A DNA stretch of 20,000 nt from an uncultured virus (IMG/VR IMGVR_UViG_3300020430_001078). Its lineage: Duplodnaviria; Heunggongvirae; Uroviricota; Caudoviricetes. Shown in pieces: positions 7,316 to 15,343 of the stretch. How positions within the stretch are numbered: the stretch's first letter is position 1; each line of letters opens with the position of its first letter. The stretch lies in IMG/VR virus record IMGVR_UViG_3300020430_001078; one strand, written 5' to 3'. The notes beneath the pieces were generated by a model, which was given only the letters and a program-made list of their open reading frames with translations, did not search any database and was not told the DNA's origin. A program made the position numbers and the translations under genes.

Positions 7316-7710
7316 TGAACTGGAAAGAAACCTACACCAAGGTATTCTTGAAGCAGGCAGGTATAGCAATCAGCGAAAGCAGTCTGGCTGAGTATATGCC
7401 CCAATGGTGGCAGAACACAAGAGAGAAAGAACAGGGTGGACTTAGACTTACAGAAGCAGGACTATTGTTTCTTATGGAAAAAATTGATCTTGCTACATAT
7501 GATATTCCTTTTCCTCCAGATTTTAAAATAACAACACAGGTTGTAATATTTTTGGACAAGTTTATTGACTGTCCATACTTCCTAACCAGCAAAGGTTTGA
7601 CTGTTACGAACGAAAAGAAAGCACTCGAATTGCATCTTTTCAGTGGTGATGTTCGCAAATACGGATTGGCAAAAGCCCTAAAACGGACAGATGAATCTTT
7701 AAATCCTTGA
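7315..7710 (+). CDS. Hypothetical phage protein (131 aa)
   Basis: TAATG coupling; GLRLT.AG motif, weakly reminiscent of a winged-helix wing. Confidence 0.8.
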   Translation: MNWKETYTKVFLKQAGIAISESSLAEYMPQWWQNTREKEQGGLRLTEAGLLFLMEKIDLATYDIPFPPDFKITTQVVIFLDKFIDCPYFLTSKGLTVTNEKKALELHLFSGDVRKYGLAKALKRTDESLNP

Positions 7711-7751
7711 TATTATTGGATTCTTTTTTGGAAAAAAATTGCATTTTCCGG

Positions 7752-7780
7752 TTGACCTTTTGAGTAAATGGTGCTATTAT
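7752..7780 (+). promoter_or_regulatory. Sigma70-type promoter with extended -10 for the AAA ATPase gene
   Basis: TTGACC (7752-7757), 17-nt spacer, TGc-TATTAT (7772-7780). Confidence 0.7.
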
Positions 7781-7827
7781 AATAAACATAATAAGGCACT
7801 GAGATAAATTAACAAAAGGAGTACAAC

Positions 7828-8913
7828 ATGGAAAACATCGCAGTTAGACAAGTTAGCCCCAACAATGCAAAGAAAAGCATCCTAAGGGCATTCAATAAAC
7901 AAAGACCACTTTTTATATGGGGACCTCCAGGTATTGGTAAGTCCGATATTGTTTCACAGATTTGTGAAGACATAGAAGCATATATGATTGATGTTCGTTT
8001 GTCATTATGGGAACCTACAGATATTAAAGGTGTTCCGTATTATGCGGCAAATGATAACACAATGAAGTGGGCGCCTCCGGCAGAATTGCCAGATGCAAAA
8101 ATGGCTAAGAAGTACAAGAAGATTGTATTGTTCTTAGATGAAATGAATTCAGCCGCTCCGGCAGTACAGGCCGCGGCATATCAACTTATCCTTAACAGGA
8201 AGGTTGGTACATACAAATTACCTGATAATGTTTTTATTGTTGCCGCTGGTAACAGAGAAGCAGACAAGGGTGTAACTTACAGGATGCCTGCTCCGTTGGC
8301 AAACAGATTTGTACACTTAGAGTTGAAAGTGGACTTTGATGATTGGTTTGCTTGGGCAGTAAAGAACAGTATCCATGAAGATGTAGTAGGTTACTTGACA
8401 TTTGCAAAGAAAGACTTGTATGACTTTGATCCAAGAAGTCCAAGTAGATCTTTTGCAACACCTCGTTCATGGTCATTTGTTTCCGAGTTACTCGAAGACG
8501 ATGATGATGAAGCAACCACAACAGATCTTGTTAGTGGTTCAGTCGGCGAAGGACTTGCCGTTAAATTTATGGCACACAGAAAAGTGTCAGCTCAATTACC
8601 TAATCCATCTGATGTATTGGCTGGTAAGGTAAAGACTTTAGATACAAAAGAAATCAGTGCCATGTATTCCTTAACTGTATCTTTATGTTATGAGTTGAAA
8701 GAAGCAAGTGATAAGAGTGATAAAAAGTTTGATGATAAAGTCAATAACTTTTTACGTTTTGCGATGGACAATTTTGATACCGAATTGGTTGTCATGGGTA
8801 TCAAATTAGCTCTTACCCAATATCAACTTCCAATCGATCCAGATGAAGTTGAGTGCTTTGATGAGTTCCATGAAAGATACGGCAAATACATTAAAGCCGC
8901 ACAAGAGAAGTAG
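7828..8913 (+). CDS. MoxR-like / dynein-related AAA+ ATPase
   Basis: Walker A GPPGIGKS, Walker B VLFLDE, sensor-1 AAGN, Arg finger ANRF, sensor-2 TPRSW; AAGGAG RBS. Confidence 0.92.
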   Translation: MENIAVRQVSPNNAKKSILRAFNKQRPLFIWGPPGIGKSDIVSQICEDIEAYMIDVRLSLWEPTDIKGVPYYAANDNTMKWAPPAELPDAKMAKKYKKIVLFLDEMNSAAPAVQAAAYQLILNRKVGTYKLPDNVFIVAAGNREADKGVTYRMPAPLANRFVHLELKVDFDDWFAWAVKNSIHEDVVGYLTFAKKDLYDFDPRSPSRSFATPRSWSFVSELLEDDDDEATTTDLVSGSVGEGLAVKFMAHRKVSAQLPNPSDVLAGKVKTLDTKEISAMYSLTVSLCYELKEASDKSDKKFDDKVNNFLRFAMDNFDTELVVMGIKLALTQYQLPIDPDEVECFDEFHERYGKYIKAAQEK

Positions 8914-8921
8914 GCAACTAC

Positions 8922-8954
8922 GGGGGAAAATTTTGGTTTTCCCCCACTCTTTTT
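8922..8954 (+). terminator. Intrinsic (Rho-independent) terminator after the ATPase
   Basis: 9-bp stem GGGGGAAAA/TTTTCCCCC with a 6-nt loop, followed by ACTCTTTTT. Confidence 0.75.
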
Positions 8955-8956
8955 GG

Positions 8957-8985
8957 TTGACAAATTCAATTAAATATCATATAAT
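8957..8985 (+). promoter_or_regulatory. Perfect-consensus sigma70 promoter for the VWA/peptidase gene
   Basis: TTGACA (8957-8962), 17 nt, TATAAT (8980-8985); TAAATA in the spacer (8971-8976). Confidence 0.85.
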
Positions 8986-9008
8986 AGTATTATAACAATT
9001 AGAAAAAG

Positions 9009-10316
9009 ATGGCACAAATGACAACAAATATACCGACACAAGATAAAGAAGTATTAGACAGATGGGAAGAAGCTAAAAAGATCCCAGAAATTGAAGTTAC
9101 TGACGAACTTAGAGCAGAAGTATTAGACAAGATTATTGTAGCAAGAGTAGGACTATTATTAAGACATCCTTTCTTTGGTAACATGGCTACAAGATTAATA
9201 ATCAAAGAAGCAACAGATTGGTGTCCTACTGCCGCAACAGATGGTAAGCATTTATTTTATAGTGTTCCATTCTTTGCAAAGATGAATAACAAAGAAGTTG
9301 AATTTGTTATTGCACATGAAATACTTCATTGTGTATATGACCATATGACAAGACGTGAAGATAGAGATGCTATGCTTCATAACATTGCCGCAGACTACAT
9401 TGTAAACAATACACTTGTTAGAGATGGCATAGGTGAAAAACCTGCAGATATTCCTATATACCAAGACTTTAAATATGAAGGTTGGACTTCAGAAGCAGTA
9501 TATGATGAGCTTTACAAAAAAGCTGACAAAGAAGAATTAAAACAATTAGGTAAATTACTTGATGAACACATTGACTGGGAAAAAGGTGATGGTCAAAGCA
9601 AGTCTGGTAAGCAAGAAGGTAAAGGTAACAAGCCTTCTTATAGCAAAGAAGAATTACAAAAAATTAGAGATGAAATAAAAGAAAACATGATGTCCGCGGC
9701 ACAGGCCGCTGGTGCTGGTAAAGTTCCTGCAGAGATTGAAAGAATGATTAAGGAACTTACAGAGCCTAAGATGAACTGGAGAGAAATACTTAGACAGCAA
9801 ATACAAAGTACTATTAGAAATGATTACAGTTTTGCTCGTCCTAGCAGAAGAGGTTGGCACACTGGTGCAATACTTCCAGGTATGCAATTCCAAGAAACAA
9901 TTGACATTTGTATTGCTATTGATATGTCAGGTTCTATTGGTGACACACAGGCAAAAGACTTCTTAAGTGAAGTACAAGGTATTATGGAAGAGTACAAAGA
10001 TTACACTATTAAATTATGGTGCTTTGATACTAAGGTTTATAACGAGCAAGATTTTACTGCTGACAACGGATCTGATCTTAATGATTATCAAGTGATGGGT
10101 GGCGGTGGAACAGACTTTATGGCCAACTGGGATTATATGAAAGAAAATGATATACAACCTAAGAGGTTCATAATGTTTACAGATGGTTATCCTTGGGATA
10201 ACTGGGGTGATGAAAATTACTGTGATACAGTTTTTGTTGTTCACTCACATCATGACAAGAACTTACAAGCACCATTCGGTGTTACTTGTCACTATGAAGA
10301 ATCAAAGGCGGCTTAA
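9009..10316 (+). CDS. DUF2201-like protein: N-terminal HExxH metallopeptidase domain plus C-terminal VWA domain
   Basis: PFFG, TAATDG, AHEILH (zincin motif), NIAADY, acidic/Gly linker, MIDAS DMSGS, GGGGTDF, FTDGY; adjacent to the MoxR ATPase. Confidence 0.9.
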   Translation: MAQMTTNIPTQDKEVLDRWEEAKKIPEIEVTDELRAEVLDKIIVARVGLLLRHPFFGNMATRLIIKEATDWCPTAATDGKHLFYSVPFFAKMNNKEVEFVIAHEILHCVYDHMTRREDRDAMLHNIAADYIVNNTLVRDGIGEKPADIPIYQDFKYEGWTSEAVYDELYKKADKEELKQLGKLLDEHIDWEKGDGQSKSGKQEGKGNKPSYSKEELQKIRDEIKENMMSAAQAAGAGKVPAEIERMIKELTEPKMNWREILRQQIQSTIRNDYSFARPSRRGWHTGAILPGMQFQETIDICIAIDMSGSIGDTQAKDFLSEVQGIMEEYKDYTIKLWCFDTKVYNEQDFTADNGSDLNDYQVMGGGGTDFMANWDYMKENDIQPKRFIMFTDGYPWDNWGDENYCDTVFVVHSHHDKNLQAPFGVTCHYEESKAA

Positions 10317-10465
10317 TGAAACAACTGTGGAATGCATGGGGTCCTTTATTCATGGCAGTAATAATTGCTGTCGGAGTCGTGTACTTCACTATTGAAACAG
10401 AATGGGTAACTGCATTGGAACATAACTTAAAATGTAGCGGAGCGATTGGTGGTGGTTGCGAATGA
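10316..10465 (+). CDS. Unannotated 49-aa membrane microprotein with a C-terminal Cys pair
   Basis: MKQLWNAWGPLFMAVIIAVGVVYFTIETEWVTALEHNLKCSGAIGGGCE*; TAATG overlap upstream and ATGA overlap downstream. Confidence 0.72.
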   Translation: MKQLWNAWGPLFMAVIIAVGVVYFTIETEWVTALEHNLKCSGAIGGGCE

Positions 10466-10728
10466 AACCCAATGCATTAAACTTTTTTGGAATTCGAGAG
10501 GTTAAGTATCAGCCACCTCATTTTGAATATCTTGATATAGAACAATCTTACAATCTTGAAGATGCAGTAAGAAAATGGATAATGGAAAAAATGAAAGGCA
10601 GATTCACAATTGGCAAAACAATGATTTTGGATAGCAAAAATCAATACAAGAATCAATTAAGAATTGGTTTTGAAAACGAAAAAGAGCTTTCTTATTTCAT
10701 GTTAGCCTGTCCACATTTAAAGTATTAA
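10462..10728 (+). CDS. Hypothetical phage protein (88 aa; start revised from 10456)
   Basis: ATGA coupling to the microprotein; ends IGFENEKELSYFMLACP. Confidence 0.8.
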   Translation: MKPNALNFFGIREVKYQPPHFEYLDIEQSYNLEDAVRKWIMEKMKGRFTIGKTMILDSKNQYKNQLRIGFENEKELSYFMLACPHLKY

Positions 10729-10778
10729 TAAGTATTAAGTAGGTATATAATTATACTATTATAATAGGAGAGACATAA

Positions 10779-11102
10779 ATGTCAGATGAAAATAAAACTG
10801 CAACGGCTCCAGCAAATGAGCCAGCACCGACTATGCCAGCACCGACGGGTGATGTAGCACAGGCCGGACAAGCACCGCAGTCTACAGAACTTACAGTTCA
10901 AGATTTAGGTGTCTTAAAAACTATCATTGAAGTTGCACAAAGTCGTGGGGCATTCAAAGCCAACGAACTTGAAGCGGTAGGAAAAACTTTTAACAAGTTA
11001 GATACCTTTTTAACTTCAATTCAAAATCAACAAGTAGCGAAGCAACCTGACGCACCTGCGCCAGCAACTGCTCCTGCTGAAGGAGATAAAGCAAATGGCT
11101 AA
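10779..11102 (+). CDS. Hypothetical protein with Pro/Ala-rich disordered ends and a helical core
   Basis: AGGAG RBS; core LTVQDL..LK.II.VA..RGAFKA.EL..VG. Confidence 0.82.
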   Translation: MSDENKTATAPANEPAPTMPAPTGDVAQAGQAPQSTELTVQDLGVLKTIIEVAQSRGAFKANELEAVGKTFNKLDTFLTSIQNQQVAKQPDAPAPATAPAEGDKANG

Positions 11103-11697
11103 TATGAAACACATAGGAAGAATGAAAGAGACAGGAAGAAAAGTTGCTGTCGTTTTCAGAACAATACCTGGTGATCCAAATAGTGCATTGGTTGTTCAAA
11201 CTGAAAATATTAAAGATGCTGAACATGATAAGTTAATGACTTTGATTGAAAGCAACACAGGTCAGACAGCTGATGAACTTGCAGATGCTATGCAAAGAAC
11301 ACCACTAGGTGATGGTAGCATGATGTTAAACAGTTTCCACCTAGCTGGAAAGTTAACAAAAGTATCAACTGCTGATGTTGAAATGACACCAGACACACAA
11401 AACACAATTAGTTTAGATGAACTTAATAAAATGATCGCTGAACAAAAAGGTGTAAGTGTATCTGATTTAGCAGTAGGTGGTACAAGTGTTGAGACAGTAG
11501 CAACTGCTCAAACAATACCATCTGGTGAAGCAGGTGCAACTATCGAAGCCGCAAAAGAACAGCCTTTGACAGATGCTCAGTTGGCAAATAACATGAGAGC
11601 AGATGCTGATGCATTGTTCAAAGAAGCGACTGAACTACGAAAAAAAGCTGAGGATTTAAGCCCAAGTTCAAGTGGGAAATCCAGTGGCAAGGCCTAA
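11095..11697 (+). CDS. Hypothetical protein (200 aa) with a C-terminal coiled coil
   Basis: AAGGAG RBS, overlaps the upstream stop; KHIGR...VVFRT.PGD N-terminal domain. Confidence 0.85.
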   Translation: MANMKHIGRMKETGRKVAVVFRTIPGDPNSALVVQTENIKDAEHDKLMTLIESNTGQTADELADAMQRTPLGDGSMMLNSFHLAGKLTKVSTADVEMTPDTQNTISLDELNKMIAEQKGVSVSDLAVGGTSVETVATAQTIPSGEAGATIEAAKEQPLTDAQLANNMRADADALFKEATELRKKAEDLSPSSSGKSSGKA

Positions 11698-11998
11698 GAA
11701 GAAAGGCCTTCCGCCCGAAGTTGTTGACAAATGGCCCGATGTATTCGGAGACGTTGATGTCCGTGCAATACCGTTAGAGTACTTACACTCTTTAAGAGTG
11801 CGTTTTAATAATGGTAAACAATGGGATATAGCAGTAGACGTAAATAAGAACCCTGCTAAACAACTCGAAAAAACACTAAAAGAACTGTTTCATACCTATG
11901 ATAGCAGTATAAAACACGTGGACTTTAAACTAGACACAGATCGCGTCAAAAAAGACGTACAGAAGTCCACGAATCGCTTTCTAAAACGCCGCAAGTAA
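11672..11998 (+). CDS. Basic hypothetical protein (about 104-108 aa; GTG start at 11672 or 11684)
   Basis: The ORF fills the gap to the late promoter; WPDVFGD...IPLEYL motif. Confidence 0.75.
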   Translation: MGNPVARPKKKGLPPEVVDKWPDVFGDVDVRAIPLEYLHSLRVRFNNGKQWDIAVDVNKNPAKQLEKTLKELFHTYDSSIKHVDFKLDTDRVKKDVQKSTNRFLKRRK

Positions 11999-12011
11999 AA
12001 TGCTAATTTGG

Positions 12012-12019
12012 TATAAATA
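12012..12019 (+). promoter_or_regulatory. T4-type late promoter TATAAATA
   Basis: Exact TATAAATA, 28 nt upstream of the structural gene ATG, followed by an AGGAG RBS. Confidence 0.8.
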
Positions 12020-12047
12020 CATATAACAGATCCAGGAGATGTAAGTA

Positions 12048-13427
12048 ATGGCGTTAAAATTAAGAAGAGGAACAGACTCACAAAGAGCTTTAATTACACC
12101 AGCAGATGGTGAATTAATCTATACTACAGACACCAAAAAGCTATTTGTTGGAGACGGATCAACACAAGGTGGTAATCCTGTTGATACAGCCGGCTCGGCA
12201 TTAGGGTCAAATCTTTCGCTTAACAACTTTGATTTAGTTGGCACAGGTAACGTTAATATTTCAGGTAACATTACTGCAACTGGAAACATCACTGCTGATG
12301 GAAACTTAACACTAGGTGGAAATCTAACAGTTGGTGACGCAAACACAGATACATTAAATTTAACAGCCAAAGTAGAATCACATATTTTACCAGACGTTGA
12401 TAGTGCAAGAAACGTTGGTTCAGCAACACTAAGATGGAACCAAGGTTACTTTGGATCTTTACACATTACAGATACACTTGATGCTGGAAGTGTAAATGCA
12501 AATATTATTGGTGATGATTCAACAGTTTTAATAAACAAGGCAAGTGGAGCGGCAAACTTAACAGGAAGTTTCAAAGGTGACATTAATGCAACTGATAACT
12601 CAAGTTTCTTTAATGCAACTTCAAAAGAAGTAAATGCAGGCCAGGCAACGTTTACTGGTTCAGTAAGTGCTCCAAGTATTACTTCAGAAAGCATTGTAGG
12701 TAATTTTAAAGGTACTATTGTTGGAGATGATTCAACAGTATTAGTTGATGCTGTCAACAGTACAGTAAACTTAACCAATGGTGAATTAAGTATAGTCGGC
12801 GGTGTATTAAAATGTACACAAAGTATTTTCCAAATAAGTGATACAACAGAAAACGTTAACACAGAATTACATATATATCACGGACCAGGTGGAAACTTTG
12901 CTTCACAAAAAATTCATTCAATTGCAGGAAGTGATTCATTAGATCCAGGTGGTATTGCATTTAGAGGTTACAAAGGTGGCTTCATTGGTTCAGGTAATGA
13001 AGTACAATTGGCGGCTGGTGATTACTTAGGACAACTTACATCACAAGCATATGATCCAGTTTACAACAGTGGATCAACTATCCTTTCATCACAGATTGCA
13101 TTTAGACTAGATCCAGATGAAACAGTAACAAACGATACTGCAAAAGGACAAATAGAATTTATTAACAACAAAGGAACTGGTTCATCATTATCCGTAAGTG
13201 TTATGGTTTTTGATGCACAAGGTAGACTTGGTGTTAACAAACAACAACCAGCGGCAAACTTAGATGTAGAAGGTACTGGTGCATTTACAAGTACGGTTAA
13301 ATTTGCTAATTTAACAGAAGTAGAAAGAGATGCATTAAGTTCAGTAAGTGCTGGTATGGTTATCTACAACACAACTTCAAACAAACTTCAAGTACGTACA
13401 GGCGTTGCTTGGGTTGACTTACACTAA
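12048..13427 (+). CDS. Virion structural/tail-fibre protein with Mtd_N-like N-terminus
   Basis: N-terminal LKLRRGT...PADGELIYTTDTKKLFVGDG.T.GG; Gly/Asn/Thr-rich beta repeats (GNITATGNITADGN); repeated IxGDDSTVL; C-terminal LT..ERDAL...GMVIYNTT..KLQV...W; late promoter upstream. Confidence 0.85.
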   Translation: MALKLRRGTDSQRALITPADGELIYTTDTKKLFVGDGSTQGGNPVDTAGSALGSNLSLNNFDLVGTGNVNISGNITATGNITADGNLTLGGNLTVGDANTDTLNLTAKVESHILPDVDSARNVGSATLRWNQGYFGSLHITDTLDAGSVNANIIGDDSTVLINKASGAANLTGSFKGDINATDNSSFFNATSKEVNAGQATFTGSVSAPSITSESIVGNFKGTIVGDDSTVLVDAVNSTVNLTNGELSIVGGVLKCTQSIFQISDTTENVNTELHIYHGPGGNFASQKIHSIAGSDSLDPGGIAFRGYKGGFIGSGNEVQLAAGDYLGQLTSQAYDPVYNSGSTILSSQIAFRLDPDETVTNDTAKGQIEFINNKGTGSSLSVSVMVFDAQGRLGVNKQQPAANLDVEGTGAFTSTVKFANLTEVERDALSSVSAGMVIYNTTSNKLQVRTGVAWVDLH

Positions 13428-13967
13428 TTTATAAGGATTTTTAATAAAGCGAATGCTCAATGCTAGACGTGTCTTGTCTGTATTGTTTATAACTTTGTGG
13501 GGTTGATTAATATCAAACATCACAGGCTTGTTTAAAGTAAATCTTGCAACTTCTTCAAACGTACTGTCTGGACTAAAAACTTTATAGCTTTTCATTCCTC
13601 CAGCAACAGTATCATCTTCGATTATTATTTCTTTACCAGTGATGTGTTTATACATTTCTGTATGTGTATCTTCACAATTTTGCACAGGAAAATTTAAAGC
13701 ATAATTTTGATCTACTGGTCTGTAATCTGTGTGTGGTGCTTTTGTTGCCGCTTGTTCATTGTGTGCATTAACCTTGATACCAACTAACCAGCCTACTTCA
13801 ATGTCATTGTTCTTACACCATTCTAAAAACAAAGGACAATCATTCTTAAACTTTTCTACATCTAACTTTACCACAGGATCATCTGACGTTTGAATATTGT
13901 TCAAACCCCAATGTTTCATCTCTTCTGATATACTATTGTCTATGTCTATGTGCTTATAGTAAAACAT
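13419..13967 (-). CDS. Cupin / 2OG-Fe(II) oxygenase-like protein (Asp/Asn beta-hydroxylase-like)
   Basis: PHTD (HxD), ALNFP, distal PHKVIN, and RLALSIRF (2OG-binding RxxxS-like). Confidence 0.75.
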   Translation of the reverse strand: MFYYKHIDIDNSISEEMKHWGLNNIQTSDDPVVKLDVEKFKNDCPLFLEWCKNNDIEVGWLVGIKVNAHNEQAATKAPHTDYRPVDQNYALNFPVQNCEDTHTEMYKHITGKEIIIEDDTVAGGMKSYKVFSPDSTFEEVARFTLNKPVMFDINQPHKVINNTDKTRLALSIRFIKNPYKLV

Positions 13968-14523
13968 GATCTTCCCATGGGTGTTTATCTAAATGTGCTA
14001 AAAACTCTTTTGGATTAAGTTTCCATACAGTTTGTCTTACACCTCTATAATCTATTTCTTTAATTTTTGTAAACAATCCTTGTTTAGCCATTATAGGCAA
14101 CCATACTCTATGTACAGTTCTTTGTTTACCGCCTTCCAAATCATTTGTGGTACAATACATATTAGTATCAATGCCACACCATTCGATCATCTTAGGAACA
14201 TAAAAACGTGAACTTACATCTTCGCAACGTTTAAGTCTTGCCATTGAACCTGCTGAATGCATCATGCCTCCAACTGCACAGGTTCTTGTTAGTATGCGAT
14301 AACTGTTTTCTCCCATCTCTGGAAACGTATGTACTGCGGTTGCACCCATAGGTTTGTCATCTCTAAATAATATAAACACTTGACTCTTTTCTTCATTGTC
14401 AAATGCATCAATCATAATCTTTTGATTAGAATTATTAACGTACCCTTGTTCGGCGGCTTCTTTGTAAAACTGCGTTAGGTCCATGTCTGATGTATATTCT
14501 AAAAGTTTATAATACGTTTTCAT
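13954..14523 (-). CDS. Hypothetical protein, possible GNAT-fold acyltransferase
   Basis: The pattern FILFRDDKPMGATAVH...YRILTR.C...MYCTTN...GLF is GNAT-like; no canonical acetyl-CoA loop was recognised. Confidence 0.5.
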   Translation of the reverse strand: MKTYYKLLEYTSDMDLTQFYKEAAEQGYVNNSNQKIMIDAFDNEEKSQVFILFRDDKPMGATAVHTFPEMGENSYRILTRTCAVGGMMHSAGSMARLKRCEDVSSRFYVPKMIEWCGIDTNMYCTTNDLEGGKQRTVHRVWLPIMAKQGLFTKIKEIDYRGVRQTVWKLNPKEFLAHLDKHPWEDHVLL

Positions 14524-15343
14524 AATTAAATGCTAACCTATGGAGTATTCTTTCTTCCATCTTGTCATAAGCCCAACGTTTATGTATGCTTAACCATTGT
14601 TCACTTAACACTATATCACCATCTTCCCAGTGGTGATCATATATAAACTGTGGTTGTGTAACGTGTTCTATTAACCTTTGCATTAGGTCTTTAAACTGTT
14701 CTTCTGTTTTATCTACCATGCCAAGTATTTGTAAGAAAGGAAAATATAATCCTGTGTGTCCAGCATCGTTAGTGTGTACTAAATTGAAAGGTTTATCTGT
14801 TGCATGATGTTCTACAAAAAACTTGCTAGGACTGTAACTACCACTCTTGTATCCTAAAGTAATCTTTACGTCTTGTACTTCTTCTTTCATTTCATCACTT
14901 AATGCTTGATAACTTGCAATATTGTTTAACCAACTTGTTTTACTTCCTTTAGTACCTTCAACACCATACAACCATATCAAAGGATCACGTTCATAATTAC
15001 TTGCTTGGTTGGCGTGCCAATCTAGTGCAGAAGTATGACCAAACAATCCTTCTTCACCCTTGTCATTTTTTTGACCTGTTACTCTTAATATATGATTGCC
15101 CACTGCTAGATGTTCTGTGCGTTGTCCTTCCTTAGGCTTGGTTGGATCTATAATAAATTGACACTTGCCAATCTTTGAACAAAATGCAACTTCGTCTTCT
15201 GGCTCAAGTGTTTGATTTTTAAACACCACAACCATATTGCTTATTGCTAGTTTGCCTATTTCTATTGCCTGCTCTTTGGTAGCAGTTCTTATATCAAGGT
15301 CATCTATTTGTATTGCCCAATCATTTAAGTAATTAATTTTCAT
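14507..15343 (-). CDS. TauD/TfdA-family 2OG-Fe(II) dioxygenase-like protein with an atypical metal site
   Basis: VVVFKNQ.L, LDWHAN, LYG...G.T.W, H.WEDGDIVLSEQ...IHKR, R.LHR. Confidence 0.85.
   Translation of the reverse strand: MKINYLNDWAIQIDDLDIRTATKEQAIEIGKLAISNMVVVFKNQTLEPEDEVAFCSKIGKCQFIIDPTKPKEGQRTEHLAVGNHILRVTGQKNDKGEEGLFGHTSALDWHANQASNYERDPLIWLYGVEGTKGSKTSWLNNIASYQALSDEMKEEVQDVKITLGYKSGSYSPSKFFVEHHATDKPFNLVHTNDAGHTGLYFPFLQILGMVDKTEEQFKDLMQRLIEHVTQPQFIYDHHWEDGDIVLSEQWLSIHKRWAYDKMEERILHRLAFNYENVL

Noticed and set aside
7702..7749. Weak inverted repeats AATCC/GGATT plus T-run, and GGAAAA/TTTTCC, upstream of the ATPase promoter
   Set aside because: The stems are only 5-6 bp with long loops, not enough to call a terminator or operator.
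10820..10846. GCCAGCACCGAC tandem repeat
   Set aside because: It is explained by a Pro/Ala/Thr low-complexity linker.
378..12862. Minus-strand ORFs in the left 13 kb (e.g. 844-1128, 3765-4238, 7332-7658, 12119-12370, 12446-12862) and plus-strand alternates 8402-8632 and 10183-10395
   Set aside because: They are shadows of well-supported plus-strand genes, with no recognisable motifs or convincing RBS.
12048..13427. Diversity-generating retroelement suggested by the Mtd_N-like domain
   Set aside because: There is no reverse transcriptase, Avd or adenine-variant TR/VR repeat pair in the window. Mtd_N is only an attachment module.
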